A DNA stretch of 64,000 bases from Geosiphon pyriformis uo1 (Eukaryota > Fungi > Glomeromycota): positions 1,058,373 through 1,122,372 of the forward strand of contig JAAOMT010000003.1 in the NCBI GenBank assembly GCA_016748015.1, written 5' to 3'. Position 1 is the first letter of the stretch. Every line of letters begins with the position of its first letter. The notes under the pieces were generated by a model. That model ran no database searches. It had not been told where the DNA came from and saw only the letters and a program-made list of their open reading frames with translations. The position numbers and the translations under genes were made by a program. Of the stretch, positions 15,231 through 26,538 are shown one piece after another.

Positions 15231-17070
15231 TATTGAGAAACAAAAAAGACTGCAGAACCCGAGCCAGTACATATCTGATCTAACTTCTCCAATACCGAAC
15301 AAACTGAAGCTTTGAGAGTTATTAACTTCAACTCCAAACAGCCCACTTTTGAAGTCAAGATTTTTGAACTATTCGAACTCAAACTTGAGACACCAGAAGA
15401 AACCAAGAAAAGAGGTAGAACCGCAGACTTAGGTTCATCCAAAACCATATCTGAACCAAATTTCACATCAACCAAACCAGGAACAACCAAGGACTGAGAG
15501 GAAGAAGCGAGAGCCAAGGGCACCAGGTTTAAATTGTCAAGTTTGTCAATAATACCAGACACCTTATCCGTGAGAAGTTCTAAAGAGCACTCCAAAGAAG
15601 CAAGACGATTTTCCAAAAATGAACTAACAGGGTTCACAGGTGATGAGTGACCAGCCACACCTGAAGCACCAGAAGAAGAGCCAAGACCAGGACCAGAACC
15701 AAAGTGAGGACCATTAGATGAAGAAACCAGAGAGACAATCTGGGTCCATGATTTGCCACCGAATGCAGCTAGTTTAGAAATAGGCACACTCTTTTTCACA
15801 TACAGCTTGGCCAACTGGAGGCGATTCACATCAGAGACAACCCTCTTAAATGACTTGGAAAGAGCAGAAGGGGTTGAGGTTACAGCATTACACTCCAGCA
15901 CAGAATAATCAAATTTCCCATACTGTTTACATCTAACCATGTTTAATCTAGCCCAAGACAGTCTCACTCCACCAAAAATAGGCTCCGTACAAAATGCAGA
16001 CTCTAATACCTCTTCATTCTCAAAACAAACCACAGCACAACGAACCCTATTACCAGTGTTCAAGGATCGATTTATGACACAAGTTTTCCCACCAGCTCCC
16101 ACCAAAAGATTACCAAGATTATGAGCCATTGTTCCTACCAGCAAAGTAAACAAAAGTGCCCTATACCGATCTCTAGATGCCCATGTCTTACGATCTCTTA
16201 CAGCTTTGGCCACATGCACTGAATCTTTCCCGATTAAGAATGACCACTTAGCTGCCAACTGATCTGCCTAACTCAATTCGGCAAATTCTATTACAGCCTT
16301 CTGCCACAGCCCAATGAATTGCAATCGGATTGACATCACTTGACCAAATTCAGACACTATGGCAATGATCATTTCTTTTGGCATATTCATGGGAATTTTC
16401 TTGATGACTACGGCCTAATCTGAGTGAACTCCTTGTCTCTTAAGATTACTGTTTACTATGATGTTATTTTTTCTGGCCAATGATGCAGCCTTTTCCATGC
16501 TTTCAGATAAAGTAAATGTCGATCAGATGATCCTTTCAAATTTTGAAAGGGTGGTGGCCCCCCCAAAACCATTGATTATTGAAAATAACTTTCTGATAAC
16601 CTGAGTCTTGGCCATAGCCGACTTCCCCTCCACAGCAAATAGATTGATGTCCAAAGCAAACGACTTCTTCACAGCAACTTCCACTTAAGACTTGACAATT
16701 TTAAGGTCTACTCATATCTTTTCTAAAGAGAAAGACAAATGGGGAAGAAAAAAACTTCCTCCTCATCATCTATGTCATAACTAATAGAGCTGATAGGGGA
16801 ATTGATAACTGCACCAGTATTGAAACACTTTGCATTGGGTGTATTCATTTGGGAGTCAGACGTGCCATTATTATTAGAGGCTTCTCCATCTGTATCCATG
16901 CTAGTAAACTGCCTGTTCATACAAATAGACCCACTATCTTTGAGATTCTTATTCACACTCGAGAGATTGATATTACCGAGAGACTTTTTAACATTTTGAA
17001 TTGAACCTCCACCAACTGAACCAGTAAACAAGACTCTGGTCAACCTTTTCTTAACACTAGAACCACTCAT
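15230..17070 (-). pseudogene. LINE ORF1 (gag-like nucleic-acid-binding protein with a degenerate CCHC knuckle), disrupted
   Basis: Starts at about MSGSSVKKRL. ORFs 16723-17283 and 15230-16258; RCKQYGKFDYSVLEC is a decayed CX2CX4HX4C, followed by coiled-coil-like RLASLECSLELL. Confidence 0.75.
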
Positions 17071-17810
17071 AGTGGCAGCTGGTCTGACAACAAAAGGATT
17101 TGTTTCTTGTGAAATAGTGGAAGACAGTATGCAAAAACAGAAAAAACTTCTTTCAAAATTTGACTCTTTTTCAGGAATTTGGGATGAAGGAGAGAAAGAA
17201 GTTTTTTTTTTAAATTTAATATATAATAATAAATATGTTGTGTAAAAATAATTAATAATTAAACTATATTTTTGGTAAAACAAAATTAATATTAATATTA
17301 TTAATATTTTAAATTTTTTTAATAAATTAAAACATGTATATTAAATTGTATTTAATTATTAATATATAATTATATTATGTTTTTTTCAATTCTTATGATA
17401 TAAATTTTGGTTTTGATTGTTTTTTTGCAATTTTATCAAATTTGTTTTGTTTATTTATTTACTGTTAATTTTTTGTTTGGCAATAATCTTTAACAACTTT
17501 TTTAAAACATTAAATTGTTTGCATTTATCATTAATATTTTTACAATTTTAATAATAATAACAATAATAACAAATTTGCTTATGTTATAACTTTATTAAAT
17601 ATTATCCAAAAACATGAAACTATTGTATTTTTTTATATTATGTAAACGAAAAATTTGTTTTGCGTTTTTATGCAGATTTGTGAAATTTTTTTTTATAATT
17701 AACCTCAACAAAGAATAATAATTATCATTTTACTTTGGCAGATTTTAAATTATGGTTCAAATTGTGGAAATCTTATTGAGGAGCCTTTCTGGAATCATGC
17801 ATTTGTAATA

Positions 17811-18416
17811 CTATATACCTGTCCTTGAAGGTGGTGAAACCTAAATGTAATTTTGATCGGCGATATTTAGAGGCGAACCAAGATCTTTTGGTTAATTGAG
17901 GAAACAAAAAAGAGCTAATTTTGAAAAGGAACCAATTTACCAAAATTACACCATCGCCTCGAACAAACAACATTTCCGAGTTGCGTTTAACAGTCTTCGG
18001 AAAATAAACAGTAAAAAGATAAATGCTATTATTCATTGCCCGAGGAAAATCTGATCGTCCCAATAAGATGTAAATTAACTTACGCGAATAATTTCTTCTT
18101 CAGTTTCTTCGTTTATTTCCACAATAGTGATGGTTTCCTCCACATCACCCAAGATCATATTCAAGTGACCATCATAAGCCTTTTAATATATCGGTCACGA
18201 GAAAAACAAGTGGCTTAGGCCAAGAAAACAGCCAGAAGGCAAATCGGTTTCAAAATAGGCTTAAATCAAACCAATGATACAGACGTGTAGCTTTCCACGT
18301 AACTCTCGATCTCCTCTTAACTTTACATAAATTCGTTCATCAAGAGATAAACGAACCAAGTCAAGTGGTTCTTGCACTGCATTTGGCTCGTTACTGGTTG
18401 CAATTTCTTCAGTCAT
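17811..18416 (-). CDS. LSM3: U6 snRNA-associated Sm-like protein LSm3 (4 exons)
   Basis: Exons 18416-18285, 18179-18084, 17994-17941 and 17840-17811, with GT-AG introns, give [103 protein letters not shown]. Last exon is the least certain. Confidence 0.93.
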
Positions 18417-18832
18417 TTTCTCTTTCTTTTATTTGGTTAAATGGGTGTAAGTGGATGGATGTTAAAATAATCGGAGAAAAAGAGGTGGCTTGGGAATTTA
18501 TATATTCAAAAATTGCTTGTATAAAGTTGGAGAATGTATCAGACACTTTAATGTTTTCTATTATTGGAGAACAGATCAGTGATCGCTTGACGATGTAAAA
18601 CTTTCCTTAATATGGCTGTGCAAGTTGTGATTGAGATTTGCGTTACCCATTTTTTGACGAATCTCATTGTTCAAGATTTTTTGTTACCAAAGCCACTTAC
18701 TAGTTTGTTCGGTGACATAAACCCAGCCCTTTTTTTTTATATGTTCTGTACGGTTTATGCGTACCACTGCTTTTTCAGCAGTTCTGTAACTTTTCAATCA
18801 TCGTATAAAGAATCAGAATTTTGCCAGTCTAC

Positions 18833-19293
18833 ATGAGCACTATTTTAGTAAACCCGTGTACCTATGATACTCCCACCGTAATACATCAAGAATCAGAATG
18901 GTCCGAGTTTTCTACCTGGGACGACTCTGCCAATGATGCAGCATTCACTAGCGTATGGCAAGAGGAGGGTCACAAGAAGCCTGAAAGAGTCTCGGAAACA
19001 ATAAAGACTGGAGTCCTTAAAGACGTTGAGGAGAACGTGTGGTCTGAGGTAGAAATACTTGCTTCCCCGACCTCTGTTGAGCCTCCGTTTTTTTTACACG
19101 AAAATGAAGAAAGCCAATCAGTTTCAGAAAAGTCAAGTGAGCAACCTAAAGGTGACATCGGAGAAACGGTAGACAAGCCGCATCTATTGAGGCAACTTCG
19201 CTCTCCCCCAGTGTTTATAATAGATGATAACTCATCGTCTTTCCCAATTAATCAACACGAACATTTCGTAAATGAGTCCAAAACCTTATCGAG

Positions 19294-19337
<44 letters not shown>

Positions 19338-21467
19338 TTGAAGGGTTTGGGAATTTCGAGGATAACTTCAGATCAAATATATTCCAGCCTTCCACGTCGC
19401 AGATACCCCTAGCTCTTTCAAAATCAGGAAGCTCATATAATTCGGAGGTAATTCTATAGATTTTTTTTAATTTGAAACAATACGATTGCTAAATAATTTT
19501 TACTTTAGGAAATGGAACGATGGAGCAAAATGCTCGATGAGATGTATCCTTCATCAGATGTAAAAGAGGAAGACTTCCCAAAACCAAGACTTTTGAAAGA
19601 TCTTGTTAACAATGCAAATGAGTATGTTAATGGCTTTCAATTTTGTCCAAATCAACATGATTAAGTAAAGTCCTCTCATCCTATCTTTTAAGGTTGTTGA
19701 ATTCTGAAATAACTCTAAGATCTCTTATTGACCCAATGGTGAATGATGACGGCGTTGTCAGGGTTGCCTGGGGTGGTTCTTATACTCAAAAGGCATACTT
19801 GCAAGCCATTTTCGGATATAAGCCAAACGTATGTACCATGATATCATTAAAATTTCTCGAAAAATAATTAATCACCTAAGATGGCGCTACTCATAGGAAA
19901 CACAAGAAATAGCCTTAACTCCCACCCCCATGAAAGATAAATCTATGGAAACTATTCCAGCCACTGTACCCATCATACCATTTTATTCAAAGGTACTGAG
20001 GTTTTATTATAATTAAGTTTCTGTTTGAAATCAGTTACATTTTAAAAGAAATTAATTTCGTAGAACAACGTCGATTCCTCTTTGGCAACTCATGATAAAT
20101 CTGTGAGCAGGCGTGATTCTATAGTCTCCGTTTCAGAAATTACTCTACCCTCTTCCTCTTCGTCAATAACCAATTCTCCTCCTGTCTCACCAACTTTGAC
20201 AAACCCAGTCAATTCCCAACCATTAAGAGAATTGGCTGGATTAAAATTCTTTAATGATTCAAAACCCGACAGAAATCAGCTGTTTGATGTTCATTATTTG
20301 AAACACTTGTATCATATCTCGAGTCAACAAAGCAAAGGTTTACAAATATCAGATTTTGGCGACATGGTTTCCTCTGATGAGCGGAAAACCTCATCTAAAG
20401 CTCTTCAAGATTTACAAGAGCTGACAGTTGCCTTAGCATCTGAAATTGTTTCCTCTCCACAGACTTCAAAAAAGCCTTCTTTAAGCTGGTCTAAATCGAA
20501 ATTTCCTACTCCCGCTACAATGGCAACCAAAAAATTCCCTGATTCACCAAAGCAAACTCCGCTAAAATCTACAGACACAGCCCGTCTTAACGGTTTAATT
20601 ATAAATACAAAATGCACCAAAGAGCAATCTGAGCCAGTTGTATTGACTCCTTTAGATGATTTTGGCGAGATGGTCTCAGCAAATAGTGATATCGATCCGT
20701 GCCCTCATTCGGCCGGATCTTCCTCATTGTTACCACCGCAATCTCCTTTAGCATTTCAGACTTTAAACTCAATCATTTCTTTAGTGCCTAAAGCCGCTCC
20801 AGCCACACTAATACCTACAATAATGAAAAAAGAAATGCTAGAGAATAACTCAACGACTAATGGGAATGAGTTTCCCTTGGAAGCTGTAAAAAAAGTGCTT
20901 ATAGAACAAAAAACTATTATTGACGGCACATCCAAATTGTCAGATTTCGGGAAGATGGTTTCTTCAGACGAATTTTCAAGTTTCGAAATCAACTCTGAGA
21001 TAACGTCTCTTTTCACAAAAAAATCAGTAGCGCCTCGTCCAAATTCTATTTCATCATATCTTTCAGGTTCACCTGTGCGTTCACGACAGACCTCCTTCTC
21101 TTCATTCAATACGGCGTCTACACGAAATTCCCTAACGTCTGAAGATCTCCAAGAACTGACTGCTGATATGGTTGCTTTTTCAAATAATGGTTCTAATATG
21201 TCTGTCGTCCCAGCAAAAGTAAATGTACAAAACAATATTTTAGAAGCTCCATACTCTTTCCCCAAAAACACAAACTCTACAATATCAATATCATCGGATG
21301 ATGATGATTTCGGAGAATTTCTATCAGCAAATGAGACTACAAATCCGACTACCTCGTGGTTTTCAACTACTGGGATTTCTTTAATGGGATCTGTAAAAAC
21401 ACAATCTTTAGATGATTTTGGAACATTCATATCCGCACCCGGCACAACCTCTGCTATCGCATCTTAA
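18833..21467 (+). CDS. Hypothetical Ser/acidic-rich disordered protein with repeated DFG-x-hydrophobic motifs (possible clathrin-adaptor accessory protein); multi-exon
   Basis: Long ORFs 18821-19459 and 20082-21467 joined by short GT-AG-bounded exons at about 19510-19993. Motifs WSEF, EGFGNF, SDFGDM, DDFGEM, SDFGKM, DDFGEF, DDFGTF. Confidence 0.7.
19294..19336 (+). repeat. (GAT)n microsatellite encoding poly-Asp
   Basis: Direct reading; in frame in ORF 18821-19459. Confidence 0.95.
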
Positions 21468-21697
21468 CCCCATTATTTATCAGTTATTCTCGTACTTAGA
21501 ACAATATCATGATTTGATAATTGTCCCCTCTAAATCACGGAAAATCTCTTAACTTATTCACGAAATAGAAAAGTTTGAAAGAAACTCGAATGGCTGATGA
21601 TTCAGTCTTATGTATATATATTTGAAGTTAATAAAAATAAAATTAACTTCAGCGTAAAACAAAATTCTGTGCGTTGCGATCCAACATCTTCCTTTTC

Positions 21698-22405
21698 TTA
21701 AACATGTTCCATTTTATGCAATCGATCTCGCGCAATGTCAAACATTGCCTTCAGACCATTAATGAATTCTAATTCTCGATTTCCATCTTTTAAACGTGCC
21801 TCTAATATAGGAATTATATCTTTGCGAGCGCGCCCATTCACAAAAAGCACAAATCGAAACCCATATTTTTCCTCATAACTTGCGTTTAACTCTTGTAACT
21901 TATTGTTTATGATTACATCCAAATCTTCGTCTTCTTTCAGGCCATAATCTCTTTCTGAATTAATATTACCAAATTTCCCTTGAACAAATTCTCTATATCC
22001 TTGCTCTTTTAATGAAAAGACCGAAAGATTTTGTTTCGTTTCACCTAAACGTGAATGTGCATTGATTACCTCTAATTTTTCAGAAGGCGTCAATTCTGAA
22101 CCTAAAGTTAAGGCTTGTGCAAAATCTATAAGGGAAGTGTAAGAGAGGAAAGGTCTTGCTGAATACTTTTATGGAATGCCGAAGATATAAGGAAAGAAAC
22201 AATAACCGGGGATTCGGTTAGACCAGAAAGCACTGAATTTAAATATTTCACATTTTTATTAAAAGAAAAGGATACTTACTAAAGATTGAGCAAGTGGCGG
22301 TGCAGGCTCGAAAAGTAAACTGATTACGAGGTTGAAAGCATCGAAAGTATATGCATTTAGTTCTGTGATATTCGGCAGTGTTAAGAGTGGGTGAGGCAAA
22401 GACAT
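21698..22405 (-). CDS. OHCU decarboxylase family protein (urate catabolism), 2 exons
   Basis: Exons 22405-22280 and 22165-21698: MSLPHPLLTLPNITELN..LLFEPAP..ARPFLSY..EVINAHSRLGE..SLKEQG..LNASYEEKYGFRFVLFVNGR..MFDIARDRL, matching family hallmarks. Confidence 0.85.
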
Positions 22406-22411
22406 ATCCTA

Positions 22412-22997
22412 CATTCGGCGGAAAAAAGTCATGGGATACTTTACATTTTTATTATTGTGTTCCATGAATGATAAAAATATCTATAAAAATTTATTTATAA
22501 CTATATTAGCTATCTATAAATAGTAAGGAATGTATTAAAATAACAATTATTAATCAAATCAAAGATATAATTAACGATATTTAATTCGCGTTTTTTTTAT
22601 CAACATAAAATTTTTCGGGATTTTTTTTGATAAACATGAATATTCAAAAATCTAAAGTTCAATTTTAAGACTTGGATGGCTCAAAAACATCTCAATTTAC
22701 TTTCTAAATGGCCAGCACAATCCGATTTGAATCCAATAGAGGATTTATGGGATTATTTACAAAAACAACTCAAAAAACGAAATCCGCGCCCGAAAATAAT
22801 CACAAATTATTCCTCGCGTTACAAGAAGAATGGCAAGCAATTCCAAGAAATATCTACATAAATTTGGTTACTAGTGTATCTAGACGTATTGAAGAATGTA
22901 TTAGAAAGGAGGGTGGACCAACTAGTCATTAAGTATTAAATAAAATAAAAAGTTATTAAAGAAATAATAGTGTCCCATGACTTTTTTCCGCCGAGTG
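22412..22997 (+). mobile_element. Internally deleted (MITE-like) Tc1/mariner element
   Basis: ~29-bp TIRs CATTCGGCGGAAAAAAGTCATGGGATACT (22412-22440) and AGTGTCCCATGACTTTTTTCCGCCGAGTG (22969-22997); TA on both sides (22410-11, 22998-99); transposase C-terminal remnant WPAQSDLNPIEDLW..LQEEWQAIP..RRIEECI with a frameshift. Confidence 0.92.
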
Positions 22998-23087
22998 TAT
23001 ATTTCAAAGTGTTTTTTTGTTAAAAAATAATATACATTGTCATGCCATTAGTTGATGCTTACTAGCATATGTAGAAAATTTTCATAT

Positions 23088-26000
23088 TTAATCGTCATCA
23101 CGTTCTCTGCGACCTTTTTTGGGTGGGGTTTCGAGAAGACCACCAAATGACCTTTTTTGTTCTGGGGCCTTTCTCTTAAGATGCCTATGTGCACGCGAAT
23201 GGGCAAGTGCAACATCATTTGCATGGTCACAAATTTTTGTCAGTGTGGCCTAAAAATAATGAAAATAATGATAAGACTCTATGTTATCAATTATAATAAG
23301 GATGATAAAATATGCAAATACCCTGGTATTTGACATTGATACATAAAAACTTTCGAGTAATGCAAGTGTTTTGAGAGTGTTGGGCATCTTCGTATGAGAA
23401 ACCTTTCCCAAGCGCAGCACATTCGTTGCTTTGCAATCCATAGCATAAACTTCATGATCCCATCCTTGCATAAGCATAAAATATTGCATTAATTAGGATT
23501 TCAAAATTTTAAGATTGTATTTCTTTTGCTTACCCCATGACTGCATGCCCAAAACATATGTTCTATGGAGATCATTTTCGGGTGCATGGCAATTAGCTTT
23601 GTAAAATGTATAAAGGACGTCACGCATAGTCACGGCTAAATCAATCCTATCTTGGAAAATCTTCTTGCGATGGGCCTCTGGTAAGCCACCACTCCGTAAA
23701 CCAATGGCAGCTTCCAGATTATTGGCACTATTTTTTAAAGTGCCGCGGAAATCGCATTTTTGCCCGACACGGGCACGAAGCACAACTGAACGACCTTCAT
23801 TTCGGCGTTGGGCCGATGCCCAACAGGCAATCTCCCCACTACAAAATTGTGGGATACAATAAATAAATAAATAAAATTCGTTAACATATATATTTTTTTT
23901 TTACTTACACATCCATTTTTAGCTCACTCTTATTTAAAAATCTCTTTCGTAACATATTTGGAAAAGCGTTGTCAAACGCAGCCTCAGATACTGGAAGATC
24001 TACTTCGGCAAGATTCTCAGCACTACAAAATAAAATTTCATTAGTAAAAAAATAATATGTCGTCAAAAATTATATATTGTTCCACTTACTATGTGACGAC
24101 AGCACGCCTAATAGCAGCAATTACGTCCTTCTCTTCGTTGCTAAGTTTAATCTTGTTTTTATTTTCAATAAACTCAGCACTCACTTGGTCGATTGCATTA
24201 ATAATTAATATATCTCCTTGGCTTTTCGTTATCTAAAGTATATTATAATATTAGTAATATTTTAAAATAATAAAATTCAAAATCTAGCTACCTTTTCAAC
24301 TTCATCAAAAAAGTAGTACACTGCAGGTGGCACATCCGATTCAACTAGCCTAACATCAGTTTCAAAATTTTCCATTAGTTCCTTCCAATCATCATCTGAC
24401 GGAAAAAAGGACTTGATTGGATTATTGTCATTAGTTAAATCGAGAATGTTCCAGTAGGCAAGACTAAAAATAAAATTTTATTAAAAATCACACAAATATA
24501 ATAACTCATAACCTTGATAAACTTACCACAAATATTTTTGCGCCTCCGGAATCGTTTTAACATATTCTGCCAACACATCACCGACATTAGTTCCACTACG
24601 TAATATCCACGACCGCTGATGAGTTACCACTGGTTGGGATTCAACGCGTTCCACAAAAGGACAACAAAAACGGCTATCAGCGTTTTCTTCATTGCTGACA
24701 TTGTTGCAGCCGTCTTTGTTATCAAAATCGTCGACCTCATCATCCCCACCATCGTGTTCTTCCAGAGCTGCAACAGTGTCATGATGAGGCAGTTCACGAG
24801 AACCCTGTGCATGTGGCTTTTCAGCAGCTTCTAATACCTCCAAGGCATCGATTGGGGCATTGATCTTTTGGACCCGAGTTTGCCCATTTATTTGCCTCCA
24901 GAATTTTACGACGTCTGGAGTTAATTTCTTTCATAAATGAAAAAAGAGAAGTTAGTTATGCCTCACAATTTTTTATTGTTGAACGATGGCATCCCATCCC
25001 CAGTATTCCAAGGAGGAATAGTACCCCCATAGGATTGTTTGCAAGAACGGAGGAATAGTATCCCCCCTGGGTTGTGCAACGCGCGAGGAATAGTATCCCA
25101 TACTCGAGCTCCTTAAGAAGGTAATACCCCCTTGAAGGTCTTTCTTGCAAAAGGAAGAATATGTCCCCCCCCGAGCTGCGCTTGTGAAGTGGAAAATCTG
25201 TCGCGACATTATCCCTCACAATTTTTTATTGTTGAACGATGGCATCTCATCCCCAGTATTCCAAGGAGGAATAGTACCCCCATAGGATTGTTTGCAAGAA
25301 CGGAGGAATAGTATCCCCCCTGGGTTGTGCAACGCGCGAGGAATAGTATCCCATACTCGAGCTCCTTAAGAAGGTAATACCCCCTTGAAGGTCTTTCTTG
25401 CAAAAGGAAGAATATGTCCCCCCCCGAGCTGCGCTTGTGAAGTGGAAAATCTGTCGCGACATTATCCCTCACAATTTTTTATTGTTGAACGATGGCATCC
25501 CATCCCCAGTATTCCAAGGAGGAATAGTACCCCCATAGGATTGTTTGCAAGAACGGAGGAAGAGTATCCCCCCTGGGTTGTGCAACGCGCGAGGAATAGT
25601 ATCCCATACTCGAGCTCCTTAAGAAGGTAATACCCCCTTGAAGGTCTTTCTTGCAAAAGGAAGAATATGTCCCCCCCCGAGCTGCGCTTGTGAAGTGGAA
25701 AATCTGTCGCGACATTATCCCTCACAATTTTTTATTGTTGAACGATGGCATCCCATCCCCAGTATTCAAAGGAGGAATAGTACCCCCATAGGATTGTTTG
25801 CAAGAACGGAGGAATAGTATCCCTCCTGGGTTGTGCAACGCGCGAGGAACAGTATCCCATACTTGAGCTCCTTAAGAAGGTAATACCCCCTTGAAGGTCT
25901 TTCTTGCAAAAGGAAGGAATAGTACCTCCCCCGAGCTGCGCATACATTTTTTTTGCGAAGAGATCCTACTATTTAAAAACCATGTGACGCACCTGGTTCG

Positions 26001-26344
26001 CCAACAATATCGCGATCCGCTTTTTGAGCCGGCTGATTGGGTCATCTTTGTCTTTGTTGACAGAGGCTATTTTTTTAAGTGCGTTGATGTATTTATTCCG
26101 CCAAACTGCTGGACGGTTAATGATATTGTAAAGTAAGATCAGAGGTTTCATGCAGTTTAAGAAATCTGTATAGGACCACACATCAACTGGCGTCTTCCTG
26201 AAGTAAAAACCCACTGCTTCCCCTACAAGAAAATAATAATTTAGAAATCACAATTGCAACGACACGAATTTTCAACGCCAAAATGTAGAGCCAAGTCTTA
26301 CCTAGAGAACCTGAGGTGAAGATCGAATCAGCTTCGATAGACAT
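23088..26344 (-). CDS. Intact 9-exon hypothetical protein (~570 aa) with a C-terminal divergent PD-(D/E)xK/restriction-endonuclease-like domain and a basic C-terminal NLS
   Basis: Exons 26344-26302, 26222-25993, 24927-24527, 24463-24292, 24232-24090, 24022-23909, 23838-23534, 23464-23322 and 23249-23088 are all GT-AG, phase-compatible and stop-free (1713 nt). C-terminal pattern SEAAFD..GEIACWASAQRRNEGR..GQKCDF..LEAAIGLRSGG..KKIFQDRIDLAVTMRD..VLGMQSWG..VYAMD. The gene model is solid; the fold assignment is from recalled family patterns only. Confidence 0.72.
24956..25941 (-). repeat. 253-bp higher-order tandem repeat (about 3.9 units) made of seven ~31-48 nt hairpin-forming subunits, filling intron 2 of the 23088-26344 gene
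   Basis: Units start at 24961, 25214, 25467 and 25720. Units 1-3 differ by single bases; unit 4 is more divergent. Internal motif on the + strand is GGAGGAATAGTAYCCCC. The intron is 25992-24928 (GT..branch AACTAAC..AG). Confidence 0.95.
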
Positions 26345-26538
26345 TCCCAAAGCAACCTGTAGACATTGTCTAAAAACACGCGACGGTGGCTTTTTTCCTG
26401 TTAACGCATTATACCAAGAAAAAGGAGACAAAAATAACAGGCATAAGAGCGTTGAGCAAAAACAACATATATATAAGATCTGTTGTTTAATTGATTTCAT
26501 AAATCGCGCACAAGCGGTTGTTTTGGTTTGCAGGACCC

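Larger units (their letters stand above)
10408..17208 (-). mobile_element. Full-length but inactivated LINE retrotransposon (ORF1 + APE endonuclease-RT-RNase H-zinc finger ORF2)
   Basis: 16-bp TSD TTTAAATTTAATATAT at 10392-10407 and 17209-17224; poly(A) tail on the minus strand at about 10408-10416. Domains in order: APE N-terminus (WKIAMCNVRRMN..SIITETKL), RT (LQDMKKAYDSV, AFVDDT), RNase H (YTNRS..STLVELQAIALAL..FSDSQA) and C-terminal CLYCGCVEVSDHVFSC. Many stops and frameshifts. Confidence 0.93.

Noticed and set aside
10554-16999. Plus-strand ORFs overlapping the LINE, and ORF 20756-21445 antisense to the DFG-motif gene
   Set aside because: Antisense shadows of real coding frames, with no independent motifs.
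23406-23420. 10-nt match (GCTGCGCTTG) between an array linker and exon 8 of the host gene
   Set aside because: A match of this length is expected by chance between 253 bp and a few kb.
24961-25941. Calling the array a CRISPR array
   Set aside because: Eukaryotic intron, no cas genes, linkers recur every 253 bp and partly resemble each other; only an architectural analogy is claimed.
24956-25947. Repeated 71-87 aa ORFs on both strands in the 253-bp array
   Set aside because: By-products of the repeat: 253 is not a multiple of 3, and the flanking exons splice in frame across the array.
24928-25992. Intronic C/D or H/ACA snoRNA cluster, or G-quadruplex array
   Set aside because: No RUGAUGA/CUGA boxes or convincing H/ACA layout on the transcribed strand; most G-runs are about 30 nt apart and have adjacent pairing partners.
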